Positions 8,024 to 19,811 of a stretch of DNA of 64,000 bases are shown here, in pieces. The first letter of the stretch is position 1, and every line of letters begins with the position of its first letter. The position numbers and the translations under genes are program-made. The notes under the pieces were generated by a model that worked only from the letters and a program-made list of their open reading frames with translations, made no database searches and was not told where the DNA came from. This DNA is from Candidatus Melainabacteria bacterium (GTDB lineage Bacteria > Cyanobacteriota > Vampirovibrionia > Gastranaerophilales > Gastranaerophilaceae), in contig CP091731.1 in NCBI GenBank assembly GCA_022009935.1, positions 1,222,212 to 1,286,211 of the forward strand, given 5' to 3'.

Positions 8024-10144
8024 AAATAGTTTGATAGAAGGGTACATTGATAACCGTTATACTTTAATACCGTTAAACGGCAAAACACCGACTATAAAGG
8101 ATTGGGTAAAAACAGAATATGATCCTCTAGCACAAGCGTGTGATTTTAATGGAAATTACGGTGTGGTTTTACGCAGTGATGACTTGGTTATTGATGTGGA
8201 TCCGCGTAGATTTCCCGATGGTGAAAACCCCTTAAAAACCTATTTAGAGATTTTAATTTTTCATCTGAAAATACTTTTGTTGTAAAAACCGGTGGCAATG
8301 GTTTACATATATATTTAAAAAAACCTGCTAATATCCCTATTAAAAATGCTTTAAAAGAATACCCGGGGATTGAATTTAAAAGCGTTGGTCAACAAGTTGT
8401 AGGCGCAGGCAGTATTCACCCGGAAACGGGGGAAAGTATATAAAGTAGTATCAAATGCCTTTAAGCCTATTAAAGCACCGGAAGCTTTACTCAATGCTAT
8501 TAAAAGGCAAGAAATTGAGCTTACTAAAAAGCAAATAGTTTTTTCTGATGAAGAACAAAATATAAGAAGGTATATAACATATTTACAAACCGCCCCGGCA
8601 GCTATTGAAGGTGAAGGCGGTGACATTACAACTTTTAAAACTGCTTGTCGAGGAAGAGATTTCGCATTATCAGAAATGAAAACTTTTGAACTTATGTCTG
8701 AGTATTGGAACACCCGTTGCCAGCCGGAGTGGGAACTTGAAGATCTTAAGAAAAAAGTCCATAATGCGTATACTTACAATGTTGATAACGTTGGTAAAAG
8801 AACAGCTGAAAACGATTTCGCTGAGTTTAACAATTCTGATGAGGACAATATAGGTGAAAATGCTGAAAAACTTATATGGGATATTGACAAAAATAATGCT
8901 ATCAAACCCACACTTAGAAATGTTGTTAATTATTTGCTATGCAAGGATTACCCATTTTTAGGAATTCTAAAATATAATGAATTTACAAATGATGTAACCT
9001 TTGTTAAGCCTGCACCTTGGCATAATGGTAAAAAAATAAGCGCGTGGACTGATTCTGATGTTATTAATCTTAAGTATTGGTTAAGTAAAAACAGATTTTT
9101 TAATGTTTCAACACCTTTATGTCAAGAAGCGGCTATAATTGCTGCAGAAAAGTTTCGGTATCACCCCGTAAGAGAATATCTAAAATCGCTCACTTGGGAT
9201 TGTAAACCGCGTTTGGACACATGGCTTATAGATTTTGCAGGTGTTAACGATAGCCCATATACAAGAGCCGTCGGTGCAAAAGTTCTTATTGGCGCAGTAC
9301 TCGTGTTTTTAATCCCGGCATAAAATTTGATACAATGCTCGTTTTGGAAGGTGAACAGGGCATAGGTAAAAGTACACTTATAAGTATTTTGGGCGGAGAA
9401 TGGTACGGAGATGTTTCTATAACTGATAGTGACAAAGATACTATAGATGCTATGAGAGGGAATTGGATTATAGAAGTGTCAGAAATGGTGTGCAGTAGAA
9501 AAGTAGATACCGACAGGTTAAAATCCTTTCTTTCAAAAACCACCGACCGTGTAAGATTGGCATATAGAAGAAACGCGGAAGATTACCCAAGGCAAAGTAT
9601 TTTTTATAGGCACTATTAATCCGGAAGATGGTGTTGGGTATTTAAAGGATACTACAGGTAATAGACGTTTTTGGCCGGTAACTTGTAGAAAAATAGATAT
9701 TGAAGGCTTAAAAGTCGTAAGAAATCAGTTGTTGGCCGAATCTTGCGACAGATATTTTAGAGGTGAAAAATTGTATTTAGATGATAGTATCGCAAAAATA
9801 GCTCATGAAGAAACAGAAAAACGAAGACAACAAGACCCTGGTTAGAACCTATAAAGGATTGGTTATCAAAACCGGATATTGAATTGGGAGTCGCAAGAAC
9901 CGTGGTTACAAGCAGGGAAATACTTGACGAGTGCATCGGGATTACGTTAAGTCGAACAACTAACAAAGAATTAAGTAGAGTCTCTCATATTATGGTTAAA
10001 GAATTGGGATGGGAAAAGGGAAAATTTTATCATAAAAAGCAAGGGCGGACTACAAACGCTTTTAGACTTCCAAACTATGCTAAAGAATTACAAGCTTTTA
10101 GGCCTAGACTAATTAATATTGATAAAAAACAGGAAAACAGATGA
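8007..10144 (+). CDS. bifunctional primase-polymerase / VirE (D5-like) helicase-primase, many frame changes
   Basis: PrimPol-like N-terminus (LIPLNGKTPTIKDW...VIDVDPRRF...GGNGLHIYL...VGAGSIHPETGE). PriCT-like middle (GEGGDITTFKTACRG). VirE part with P-loop (FDTMLVLEGEQGIGKST...NRRFWPV). Confidence 0.75.
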
Positions 10145-11483
10145 AACAGTTAAAAGATTTTCAAAAAACAGGTGTAAAATTTATGATAAATAGGAGTACG
10201 GCATTATTAGCTGATGACATGGGGCTTGGAAAAACGGTACAAGCTGCAACGGTAATCAAAGAACTAAAATGCAAAAGAGCCTTAATACTTACACTTGCTA
10301 CATTGAAAATAAACTGGGAAAGAGAACTTAAACGTTGGATTAACGAAAAATTAAAATGTCAGGTCGTTTTACATGTTGCAGATAAAATAGATAAAAGCGC
10401 TGATATTATTATATGTAACTATGATTTGATTATTTATAAAGAAATCCGTAAACAATTACGTGATTTGGATTATGACGTAGTTATACTGGATGAAGCACAT
10501 ACATTGTCAAACAAAGATGCAAAAAGAACAAGAGCTGTCTACGACTCAAAATATGGGATTATCAGAAGTGCCAAAAGAGTTTATCCACTAACAGGTACAC
10601 CGGTTAGAAACCGCCCAAAAGATTTTTTATATTATGCTAAAAATATTGCCTACATTGCATAGAACCATATTTAAGTTATGAGGCATATGCGCAAAGGTAT
10701 TGCGGTGCTTATTATAATAGTTATGGTGTCTTGAATGACAAAGGGGCATCGAATATAGAAGAACTTGCGGAAAAAATTAAACCGTTTATGCTAAGACGTA
10801 CAAAAGATGAGGTACTAACGGAACTCCCACCTTTAATAGAAAAAACAATACCTTTAGAATTAACCTCGGAAATTGAAGGTGTGATAAATAAGGAACAGGA
10901 GCTTTATGAAAATATTAATGGATATAGCGAAAATTGCGAATTAGGAGTGCAGGCAACAACTAGAAGGCTTTTAGGGCTTGCAAAACTTCCACAAGTGATA
11001 GAATATGTACGGAATTTACTTTTAACACAACAAAAACTGGTGATATTTGCATATCATAGAGAGGTTATAAATAGAATTAGGAAAGAATTAAAAGGCTATG
11101 GTGTAAGAGTTGTTGCCGGTGGGCTTACACCTAAATTAAAGCAAATGGAAGTCGATTTATTTATAAAAGATGCTAATAGTCGTATTTTTGTAGGACAGTA
11201 TACAGCGGCAGGTTTTTGGGCTGGATGGTTTACAAAAGCCGCAAGCCATATTGTTTTTTGCTGAAATTGATTGGGTGCCGGGGAATATTGAACAAGCCCG
11301 CGACAGAATAAGACGTATAGGACAAATAAACCCCGTAGTTGCCCACTATTTAATCATACCCAATACACTTGAAGATAACATGCTACAAGCAGTTATCAAG
11401 AAAAAACAAGTTATAGAGAAATTAATCTCAAAAAATGAGAATATATTGTCGGACATGAAAAAAAAAAGGGAGAAAAAGCATGA
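10141..11483 (+). CDS. SNF2-family helicase, frame changes
   Basis: DDMGLGKT (motif I), VILDEAHTL (DEAH), C-terminal QARDRIRRIGQ (motif VI). The end is inferred as TGA 11481-11483 overlapping the next ATG if the A10 run 11458-11467 is miscounted. Confidence 0.75.
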
Positions 11484-11951
11484 CAATCGAAGAAAACTTA
11501 GAAAAAATCGCAAATTCGTTGGAGAAATTGGTTAAAGTCCAAGAGGCTATGATTTGTATGGCTAATCGTACAAAATCAGAATATAGCCCTTCTGTTGAGC
11601 AAGCAAAAGAAGAGCCCAAAAGAAAACAACAAAAAAATCGGCAACTAAAAAAATGAACCACAATCAGAAGTTATCGAGCCGATTGTTGAAGCCGAACCGA
11701 TTACAACTGATGTTGATGATTTTATGGCAGAAGTTGAAAATGTACCGGAACCAACCAGAGTCTATACCCAAGATGATGTAAGAACCGCTTTTAGTCAATT
11801 TATAGCCAGATATAGCCAAGATAGAAACATTTCTATAAGTAAAGCAAAAGAAATCCTTACACAACATGGATGTCAAAAAGTGAATGAAATACCGGAAGAA
11901 AAATTTGAAATTATTATTAAAGAGCTTAATAACACAGGGAGGGATGAATAG
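11480..11951 (+). CDS. hypothetical phage protein (one frame change)
   Basis: ATG at 11480 after GGGAG (MTIEENLEKIANSLEKLVKVQEA...). Continues after an A-run as ...EPITTDVDDFMAEVENVPEPTRVYTQDDVRTAFSQFIARYSQ... Confidence 0.4.
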
Positions 11952-13255
11952 TGCCACCGATAACACATAGTAAAGTTGGTGCATCTTCATGTGAACGTTG
12001 GTGGAATTGTCCGGGGAGTAATGCTTTAATAGCAAAACTCCCACCGGCGGACTCTTCAAAATACGCGGCAGAAGGCACCGCGGCGCATAGTTTATGCGAA
12101 CATGTTCTTACAAATAAAATACATTTTAAAGCAAAATGGGATGCGCTCAATAGGATTGGGGAAAAGCTTGAAGTCGACGACTTTATTTTTGAAGTAACCG
12201 AAGAAATGGCGAACGCTGTAAATTTGTATGTAAAAACTATCATTGAAGATGCCAAACGCATAGGCTGTACTATTTATAAAAAATTTCAAATAGACAGTAA
12301 AATATATAATTCATCCGACAAAGGCATAAGGATTTTCAAGGGATATATATACCATGGGTAAATATTGAGCAAGACTTTCAGCTCACAAACATTGATAAAG
12401 GAAGCAAGAGGAACTAACGATGCTTCAATATTAGTGCCGGGTGAAACGCTTATTGTTTACGATTTTAAATATGGGGCAGGCATCCCGATTGAAGCAGTGG
12501 AAAATAAACAAATGCTTTATTATGCTATAGGAGCTGCAGGGGATAAACTGATGGACTTCAAGACTATTGAACTGGTGATTATTCAGCCAAGAGCAGAGCA
12601 TCCGATCGGCTCTATAAGACGTTGGGTAACAACACCTGAATATGTGGCTAAGTTTGGTGAAGAACTAAAAAACGTATTGCTGAAACAAGAAACCCGAAAG
12701 CTTTAACATTTGCGGGGAAATGGTGTCGTTTTTGTAATGCAAAACTTATATGCCCTTCTATGCGAGATAAGTCCTACGAACTTGCGAAAATAGATTTTCA
12801 AAAGCCCGTTAGTGAAAATAAAGTAAAAGCCCCAATGAATTAAGCAAGGGGAACTTAAATTATTTTTGGATAACGCCCAATTATTAGAAAATTATATTAA
12901 AGAAGTTAGAAATTATGCAGAAAAATTACTTGAAAGCGGTAAATCTATAGAAGGCTATAAACTTGTAAAATCTACTAAAACACATAGAAAATGGAACGAT
13001 AAAGATGAGAATATTGCCTCGATGCTCGAATTGGAATTGGGTGTTGATTATAACAGTTTATTTAATAAAACATTAAAAACCCCTTCTCAAATCGAAAAGA
13101 TGATAAAAGGTTCTAAAGAGATTTTAGCGAGTTATTGGTTTAGGCCGGAAGGCAAAAACATTCTTGTAAAAGAAGAAGACCAAAGAGAAAAGCAAGCACC
13201 GTCAGCTATTGCGGATTTTCAAAATTTTCAAAATATTGAAGATTTAGGACTATAA
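11951..13255 (+). CDS. DUF2800-type PD-(D/E)XK (Cas4-like) nuclease, frame changes
   Basis: GASSCERWWNCPGS...KYAAEGTAAHSLCE N-terminus, DFKYG core and C-terminal Cys cluster GKWCRFCNAKLICP. Usual partner of DUF2815 and PolA in this phage module. Confidence 0.65.
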
Positions 13256-13264
13256 AATAGCTAA

Positions 13265-13280
13265 TTGTCGAACAGAAAAA
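13265..13280 (+). promoter_or_regulatory. phage 16-nt box, variant TTGTCGAACAGAAAAA (copy 5)
   Basis: 15/16 match, 20 nt upstream of the ATG at 13301. Confidence 0.45.
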
Positions 13281-13300
13281 CACAAAAAGGAGAAAAGACC

Positions 13301-13858
13301 ATGGCAAATGGAAGAAAAATTGTTACGCCTGTTTTTAGGGCAAGTTTTGTGTATGTTTTACACCAAGAAAAAATGAACAAAGCGGAAAAGATGAATATTC
13401 AATCAAAATGATATTTGATAAAGACGCGGATTTATCAGAATTGAAAGCTATTATTAAAGAGGCTATCACGGATAAATGGGGCAGTAACCCACCAAGAGGG
13501 CTAAAATTACCGCTTAAAGACGGAAACAACAATGATACAAGCAAGTATCCGGAAGACAAAAGACAAATATGTTGCAAACGCAAAAACTACTATTGCACCG
13601 CCTGGGGTTGTAAATTCGCAAGTTCAACCAATAATGGATCCAAATGAGGTATACAGCGGTTGCTATATGAGAGCTACTTTAACCGCATACGCTTATGATA
13701 AAGGTGGTGGTAAAGGTGTATCTTTTGGGCTTCAAAACCTTATGAAAGTAAAGGACGGTGAGCCGTTATCATCAAGGGCGACCGCTGAAAATGATTTTGC
13801 GGCATTCGTTGGTGAAACCGTTGAGGATGAAGCGGATATCATGGGGGAAATAATTTAA
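13301..13858 (+). CDS. DUF2815-family protein (phage SSB-like), frame changes
   Basis: MANGRKIVTPVFRASFVYV...IFDKDADLSELKAIIKEAITDKWG...VYSGCYMRATLTAYAYDKGGGKGVSFGLQNLMKVKDGEPL. Confidence 0.6.
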
Positions 13859-15893
13859 TGATAAAAGTTCACTTAGACTTTGAAACGCGAAGTGAACTCA
13901 GTGTTGTGGATGTGGGCCTTGGCGTTATAGCCTTGACCCCTCAACCACAGTGCTTTGTTTATGCTACCAAATAGAATATCCGAATGGACAAACCCAATTT
14001 GCTACTATAACAAAGGATTTGTTCAACTGTTGGTTTGATAACTATGTTATGAGTTGTGTATACCCCGACCACAGAGCGGATATCGTTTGTATAGAAAAAA
14101 TTATCGAACTTGCAAAAGATAAAAATGTTAGATTTTTTGCTCACAATTCAATGTTTGAATATTGCATGTGGAATAACATACTGGCAAAGTCTTATCGCTT
14201 CCCTGAACTAAAGGGTTTCAACCGTTGGGAATGTACAGCAAGTAAAGCAGCTGCTCACGCATTACCTAGAGCGTTGGGAAAATGTGCTATAGCTTTACAT
14301 CTTACCCAGAAAAAAGATGAAGCCGGTAAAAGAATAATGATGAAAATGTCTAAACCAAAAAAATCAGTGCTAAAGATAAAACTATTTGGAATGATAAAAA
14401 CGAGGACTACGAAATTTTATACGATTATTGTAAACAAGATGTGGTAGTTGAGTCCGCTATTGATAACGCATTACCGCCTCTTATTCCGCTAGAGCGTGAA
14501 GTTTGGAAACTAGATCAGATTATTAACGCTAGGGGCGTAAATATTGATAGAGCGGCGTTAGATAAAGCAATAAAATTCGTAACGATATTTAAAGATAAAC
14601 TTAATAACGAATTGCTTGATTTAACTAGCGGTGCCGTTTCCAAAGCAACGGAAGTAGCAAAACTCACTCGATACATCAGGGACTTTGTGGACGAAACGGA
14701 ACTACCAAACTTAAACGCTACGAACATTACGGAATATTTAAAAGTCTGTACAGATTCTAAAATACGTAGAATATTAGAAATTCGTCAACAAGCGGGTAAA
14801 TCGTCAACATCTAAACTGGAAACAATGAAATTGTGTATATGTCCCGACGGAAATATACGCGATATTCTCATGTACCACGGAGCCTCTACCGGACGTTGGA
14901 GCGGTAAGGGGATACAAGTACAAAACTTCCCTCGAGGCGATAAGTCCTATGATAGCGACAAAGTTATCGAAGACTTAAAAACTCTTGATTATGATACATT
15001 TGAGTTTATATATCCTAATGTCGTGGACGCGATAAGTACGGCACTTAGAGGCTTTATCAAAGCAGAGGACGGGGAAGACTTAATCGCCGCGGACTTTTCT
15101 GCAATTGAGGCCCGTGTAGTTTTATGGCTTGCTGGGGCAGAAAAAGGACTAAAAGCCTTTTAGAGAGGGGGCAGATATTTATTGTGAACTCGCTTCCGAA
15201 ATATACAAACGCAAAATTACCAAAAGGATAAAGATGAACGACAATTAGGTAAAACCGGTGTTTTAGGTTGTGGGTACCAGATGGGGCCGGATAGGTTTAA
15301 AGCACAAGTAAAGGCGCAAACAGGTTTAGATATTTCAAGAGAAACCGCTGACTTAGTTGTAAAAACATACCGTGCGACGTATCCGGAAGTAGTAGCCTTT
15401 TGGTATACCCAAGAAAAAGCAGCTATAAAAGCAGTAAGAGAAGCAGGGCGTATTATTAAAGAAGGTCCTGTTATGTGGAAAGTTCAGGGCAAATTTCTAT
15501 ATTGCCGACTCCCGTCAACACGGTGTATTGCTTACTATGAGCCGATTGTTAAACCTATAGAAACAAAATGGGGGAGGTTAAAGAACAGCTGACTTTTATG
15601 GCTGAAAATTCCGTAACACGCAAATGGGAACGTCAACACACATACGGCGGTGCTATTGTGGAAAACATTGTACAGGCAACAGCTAGAGATTTAATGGCTT
15701 GGGGCATCTTAATCTTGAAAAACACGGATATAAAATCAGAATGACTGTACATGATGATGAAGTTGTAGCATCTTGTAAAAAAGGAACCGGGGACGTTAAA
15801 GAGTTTGAAAGACTTTTATGTACTACTCCGAAATGGGCGACTACATGTCCAATTGTTGCTGAGGGTTGGATCGGCGAGAGGTATAGAAAATGA
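13858..15893 (+). CDS. family A DNA polymerase with 3'-5' exonuclease domain, many frame changes
   Basis: Exo motifs HLDFETRS and FFAHNSMFEY. Pol motif A IAADFSAIEARVVLWLAG, motif B RQLGKTGVLGCGYQMG, motif C MTVHDDEVV. Confidence 0.8.
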
Positions 15894-16026
15894 TACAACA
15901 ACGTTAGTTTGTAAATCAAAATATTATTAAGAATATAGTAATTAAAAAGATATTTAACTAAACAAATGACACTAATCCCACATATACACTAGCAAGAAGC
16001 ATTAACGATTTTGACAATAGCAGATT

Positions 16027-16084
16027 GCGGGGCATCTCCTTAATATTCTAATACCCATTAAGCGTATACCGCCCCGCTTTTTTA
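16027..16084 (+). terminator. intrinsic terminator candidate after the polymerase gene
   Basis: GCGGGGC...GCCCCGC outer stem with inner CTTAAT/ATTAAG pairing, followed by TTTTTT. Confidence 0.5.
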
Positions 16085-16102
16085 ACAGAAAAGGAAAAAG
16101 AA

Positions 16103-17180
16103 ATGACAAAACCAAAAAAAGAAAAAATAACAGGCTATAAAGTTTTTTAACCACGATTGGACTTGTCGAGGTTTCAAGTATGAAATTGGCAAAACTTATA
16201 CACACGAAGGTGAAATATCCTTGTGTAAAGAAGGTTTTCACTTTTGTAAAAATTTAATGGATTGCTTTGAATTTTACGATTGTGTAACTTGGAACAAAAT
16301 TGCCAAAGTTGAAGCCTTAGGAGAAGTCAAAACAGACGATAAAAAATGCGTAACAAACAAGATAAAAATATTAGAAGAAATACCACTTGACAAAATTGGG
16401 GAGTATGTTCAAACTGATTTAAATACTGCTGTCAACGAGTCTTATGGTGTTAACCAGTCTAATGGTGTCAATTTGTCTGATGGTGTCAATTTGTCTGATG
16501 GTGTCAATTTGTCTAATGGTGTTAACGAGTCTGATGGTGTTAACCAGTCTAATGGGGTTAACTGTTCTGATGGTGTTAACTATTCTTATGGGGTTAGCAG
16601 GTCTAATGGTGTTGACGAGTCTTATGGCGTTAACCAGTCTAATGGTGTCAATTTGTCTGATGGTGTCAACGGGTCTTGTGGTGTCAACGGGTCTTGTGGT
16701 GTTAACAGGTCTGATGGTGTTAACAGGTCTTATGGTGTCAACGGGTCTTGTGGTGTTAACGGGTCTTGTGGTGTTAACAGGTCTTATGGTGTTAACTATT
16801 CTTATGGCGTTAACTGGTCTAATGGTGTTAACTTGTCTTATGGAATATTAAACTCTTATGGAGTTTCAAATGCTTTATTTTTAGCAAACAAACCACAAAC
16901 ATACACAATTTTTGGTAAAAATGTAACAAAAGAAAAGTTTAATGAAGTTTGGCAAATATTTCATAAAAAGCTTAACGGCTGGACACCAACATTTAACAAT
17001 TTAAAAAGTTTATACCTTAAATCCAGTTCTGATTGGAAATTGACCCCAATACCAAACGCAGAAGAGATAAGCAAAAAAGAAGCTTGGAGAAGTATGCCCA
17101 AAGAAGCCATTGAGTATATCAAATCACTTGAAGAGTTTGATAAGGATATGTTTGAAGAGATTACAGGAATTGAGGTATAA
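16103..17180 (+). CDS. phage protein with Cys/His N-terminal domain (DUF7666-like, from memory) and about 20 tandem 7-residue GVNxSxG repeats; one frame change near the start
   Basis: MTKPKKEKITGYKVF(N)HDWTCRGFKYEIGKTYTHEGEISLCKEGFHFCKNLMDCFEFYD, then NGVNLSDGVNLSDGVNLSNGVNESDGVNQS..., then a non-repetitive C-terminus. Confidence 0.6.
16431..16866 (+). repeat. 21-nt coding tandem repeat, about 20.8 units
   Basis: GGTGT(T/C)AAC-NNN-TCT-N(A/G)T periodicity. Variation is concentrated in two codons per unit. Confidence 0.9.
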
Positions 17181-17184
17181 AAAA

Positions 17185-17400
17185 ATGCGTAACCGTTGCA
17201 GAATTTGCCAAAATGTAATTGCAGAGCTGGAAAAATATGAAGATATTATCGAATTTGCAGAAAGAAACATAGAAGGTTGTTTGGGTTATTTAAAAAACAA
17301 TCCGGCAGTTCCCTGTGGTGCAATATATTTGCTTAAGGAAATACGGAAAAGTTTAGAAGAAAATAAAGGAGTAAAATGCAAATATCAAACGAAGTTTTAA
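17185..17400 (+). CDS. small Cys-containing hypothetical protein (71 aa)
   Basis: ATG at 17185 after GAGGT (MRNRCRICQNVIAELEKYEDIIEFAERNIEGCLGYL...). The ORF-track start at 17110 overlaps the previous gene. Confidence 0.4.
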   Translation: MRNRCRICQNVIAELEKYEDIIEFAERNIEGCLGYLKNNPAVPCGAIYLLKEIRKSLEENKGVKCKYQTKF

Positions 17401-17519
17401 TGCTTGGTCAAATAGATGAGCTGAAAAAGCAAAATAAAAGCCTGCAAAAAGAAAATCAAATTTTACGTAAAATGCTGTTTGAAGAAATGAACAAAACGTT
17501 CAATCAGGCAAAAAGTTAA
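17376..17519 (+). CDS. small coiled-coil protein (47 aa)
   Basis: AAGGAG SD. MQISNEVLMLGQIDELKKQNKSLQKENQILRKMLFEEMNK... Confidence 0.35.
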   Translation: MQISNEVLMLGQIDELKKQNKSLQKENQILRKMLFEEMNKTFNQAKS

Positions 17520-17543
17520 GAGAATTATTGGGGAATTGAGAGG

Positions 17544-18025
17544 ATGATTGAGAAATTAGTAATAGGAATAGACCCTGGCAAACATGGCGCAATCTCCTTT
17601 GCTTCTTTAAATGGTGATTTTAGAAAAGTTTTTGGTTTCAGTAAATACACAGAGCATGATATAAAAAACATAATTTTGGAGCATAAAGAATTTTTAGGAT
17701 ACAAACTAACCGCGTTTATTGAAGACGTACACGCAATGCCAAAAGACGGAAAAGTGCAAGCGTTCAGTTTTGGTAAAATTATGGTTTTGGATTGGTTTGT
17801 TAACAGGATTGGGCATCCCTTACCAAAAAGTTACCCCTTTAAAATGGCAAAGTGCACTTAATTTTAAAAAGTAGAGGGCTTGAATATAAGCAAAAGAAAA
17901 ACGTTTTAAAAGGCCATGCTCAAAGACTTTTCCCGGAACTAAACCCCACTTTAGAAACCTGCGACGCTCTGTTAATTGGTGAATACGGAAGACAAACGAT
18001 TATAAAGGAAATTAGAGGTTTGTAA
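17544..18025 (+). CDS. RuvC-like Holliday junction resolvase (phage type), frame changes
   Basis: LVIGIDPGKHGAISF...AFIEDVHAMPKDGKVQAFSFGK..., then in another frame GIPYQKVTPLKWQ...CDALLIGEYG. Confidence 0.55.
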
Positions 18026-18215
18026 TTGTGCATTTGTTAAAAATAAAAATGTATCTTATGAAAATACCTTAAAAGCTTTTCAAACATTTTATGATGAGCC
18101 ATTAAACAAAGATGATGCGCTAAAAATTCAAAAAAAATTTAATCGGGTTTTATATATATTAAGTAGGAGTAAATCTAAAATATCACAAATAAAAGATTTA
18201 TGTTAAAATTTTCTT

Positions 18216-19687
18216 ATGAAAAAAGTAGTTATTTATGCAAGAGTCTCCTCCAAACGACAAGAGGAAGAAGGGTATTCCATCCCGGCACAATTAAAATTTT
18301 TAAATGAATATGCAGCTAAAAAATGGTTTTGCAGTAGTCAAAGAATTTATAGATAGTGAAACCGCAAAAAAAGCCGGCCGCACAAATTTTAACGAAATGA
18401 TTAATTTTTTAAAAAGAATAGAACTGTAAACGCAATACTTGTAGAAAAAACGGATAGACTCTACCGCAATTTTAAAGACTACGTTTTGCTTGATGAATTT
18501 AAAAACCTAGAAATCCATTTAGTCAAAGAAGGTGGGATTATAAGCGAAAATTCCCGCTCACATGAAAAATTAGTGCATGGCTTTAAGGTATTAATGGCCA
18601 AAAATTATATCGATAATCTATCCGAGGAAATAATGAAAGGGCAGAAACAAGCCTGCGAACAAGGAGATTATCCCAGCAAACCACCTTATGGGTATTACCG
18701 ACCTAAAAAACAAATTTTAATCGACCCTAAAACATCAGGATACGTTCTAAGAGCTTTTAATTTATACTCCGAAGGCAATATATCTTTGGATGATTTATGT
18801 CAAAAAATGTTTAATGAGGGGTTTGTATATAGCGAAATAAGCCCCAAAATTCATAAAAAGTCAATTGTCAAAAATACTTAAAACCCTTTTTTATACGGGA
18901 AATTTTTTGTACAAAAATGTATTATACAAAGGTCGGCATGAGCCTTTAATCAGCATGGGTTTATTTGAAAAAGTGCAACTTGCTTTTAAAAAGACGGCAA
19001 GCCTGAAACACGCAGAAAACATCAATTTATTTATTCAGGTCTTTTTACATGTGCAAAATGTGGCTCGGCTATTGTTGGCGAAATAAAAAAAGGCAAATAT
19101 ATTTATTATCATTGTGCTGATAAAACCAAAAACTGTCCAAATAAAGGTATAAGCATAAAACAAGAGCAACTTGATAAGTATTTTGAGGAGTCGATTAAAA
19201 GAATTCAAATAACGCCCCAGCATAAGAAAGCTATTGTGGAAGCTTTAAAAGAGAGTCATAAAGATGAAGAAGAATATAATAAGTCTGAAATATTAAGGCT
19301 TACAAATAGGGCGGAGGTGCTTCGTAGCCGATTATCAAAAATATATGTTGATAAATTAGATGGTAAGATATCAGAAGATTTTGGGTTGAGAAAAATAACG
19401 AGTGGACGTTGGAGCATGCCAAAATTTTACGAGAAATTGAAGCGCATTCAAAAGCAAACGTGAATTACATGGCACAAGGCGCAAATCTGGTAGAACTTCT
19501 CGAAAACCTTTACACACACTACATTGAGCTCGACGACGCAGAAAAAACAAAAATACTAAAATATATCTTCTCGAACTTTTTGATAGACGGCCGAAACGTA
19601 AGCTATGAGTACGAAAAACCCTTTGACATTTTCGCCAAAGGACTGTCTCGTCTATTAAACTGGAGGATAGGAGATTCGAACTCCTGA
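18216..19687 (+). CDS. large serine recombinase (integrase), several frame changes
   Basis: MKKVVIYARVSSKRQEEEGYSIPAQ (catalytic Ser region), VEKTDRLYRN, recombinase domain PPYGYY, zinc-ribbon FTCAKCGSAIVGE...YYHC, coiled-coil C-terminus. The last 27 nt overlap tRNA-Ala in antisense. Confidence 0.8.
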
Positions 19688-19733
19688 CCCCCTGCGTGCA
19701 AGGCAGGTGCTCTACCAGCTGAGCTAATCCCCC
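19661..19733 (-). tRNA. tRNA-Ala (anticodon UGC)
   Basis: GGGGGATTAGCTCAGCTGGTAGAGCACCTGCCTTGCACGCAGGGGGTCAGGAGTTCGAATCTCCTATCCTCCA. Cloverleaf with a G3:U70 pair. CCA is not encoded. Confidence 0.9.
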
Positions 19734-19755
19734 AAGGAATTCACTTACATGTTTA

Positions 19756-19784
19756 ATTATAACATCAGCAAAAAAATTATGCAA
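19756..19784 (-). promoter_or_regulatory. promoter for tRNA-Ala (TTGCAT-17-TATAAT on the minus strand)
   Basis: The -35 element is at 19779-19784 and the -10 at 19756-19761, about 22 nt upstream of the tRNA 5' end. Confidence 0.55.
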
Positions 19785-19811
19785 CACTTTTTTTGGTTTA
19801 TATTAAATCGC

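Larger units (their letters stand above)
1..19733 (+). mobile_element. Prophage-like integrative element, replication/recombination half (left end outside window); right junction at tRNA-Ala
   Basis: Contiguous block of phage-type genes (XRE/cro-like switch, J-domain, ArdC-like, C5-MTase, excisionase-like HTH, PrimPol-VirE, SNF2, DUF2800, DUF2815, PolA, RuvC-like) ending with a large serine recombinase whose ORF runs into tRNA-Ala. No capsid, tail or terminase genes in the window. Confidence 0.7.

Noticed and set aside
16444-16851. 135-aa ORF (MVLTSLMVSICLMV...) overlapping the heptad-repeat gene
   Set aside because: It is an alternative frame of a 21-nt tandem repeat. It is open only because the unit lacks stops in that frame, and the GVNxSxG frame continues into non-repetitive coding sequence on both sides.
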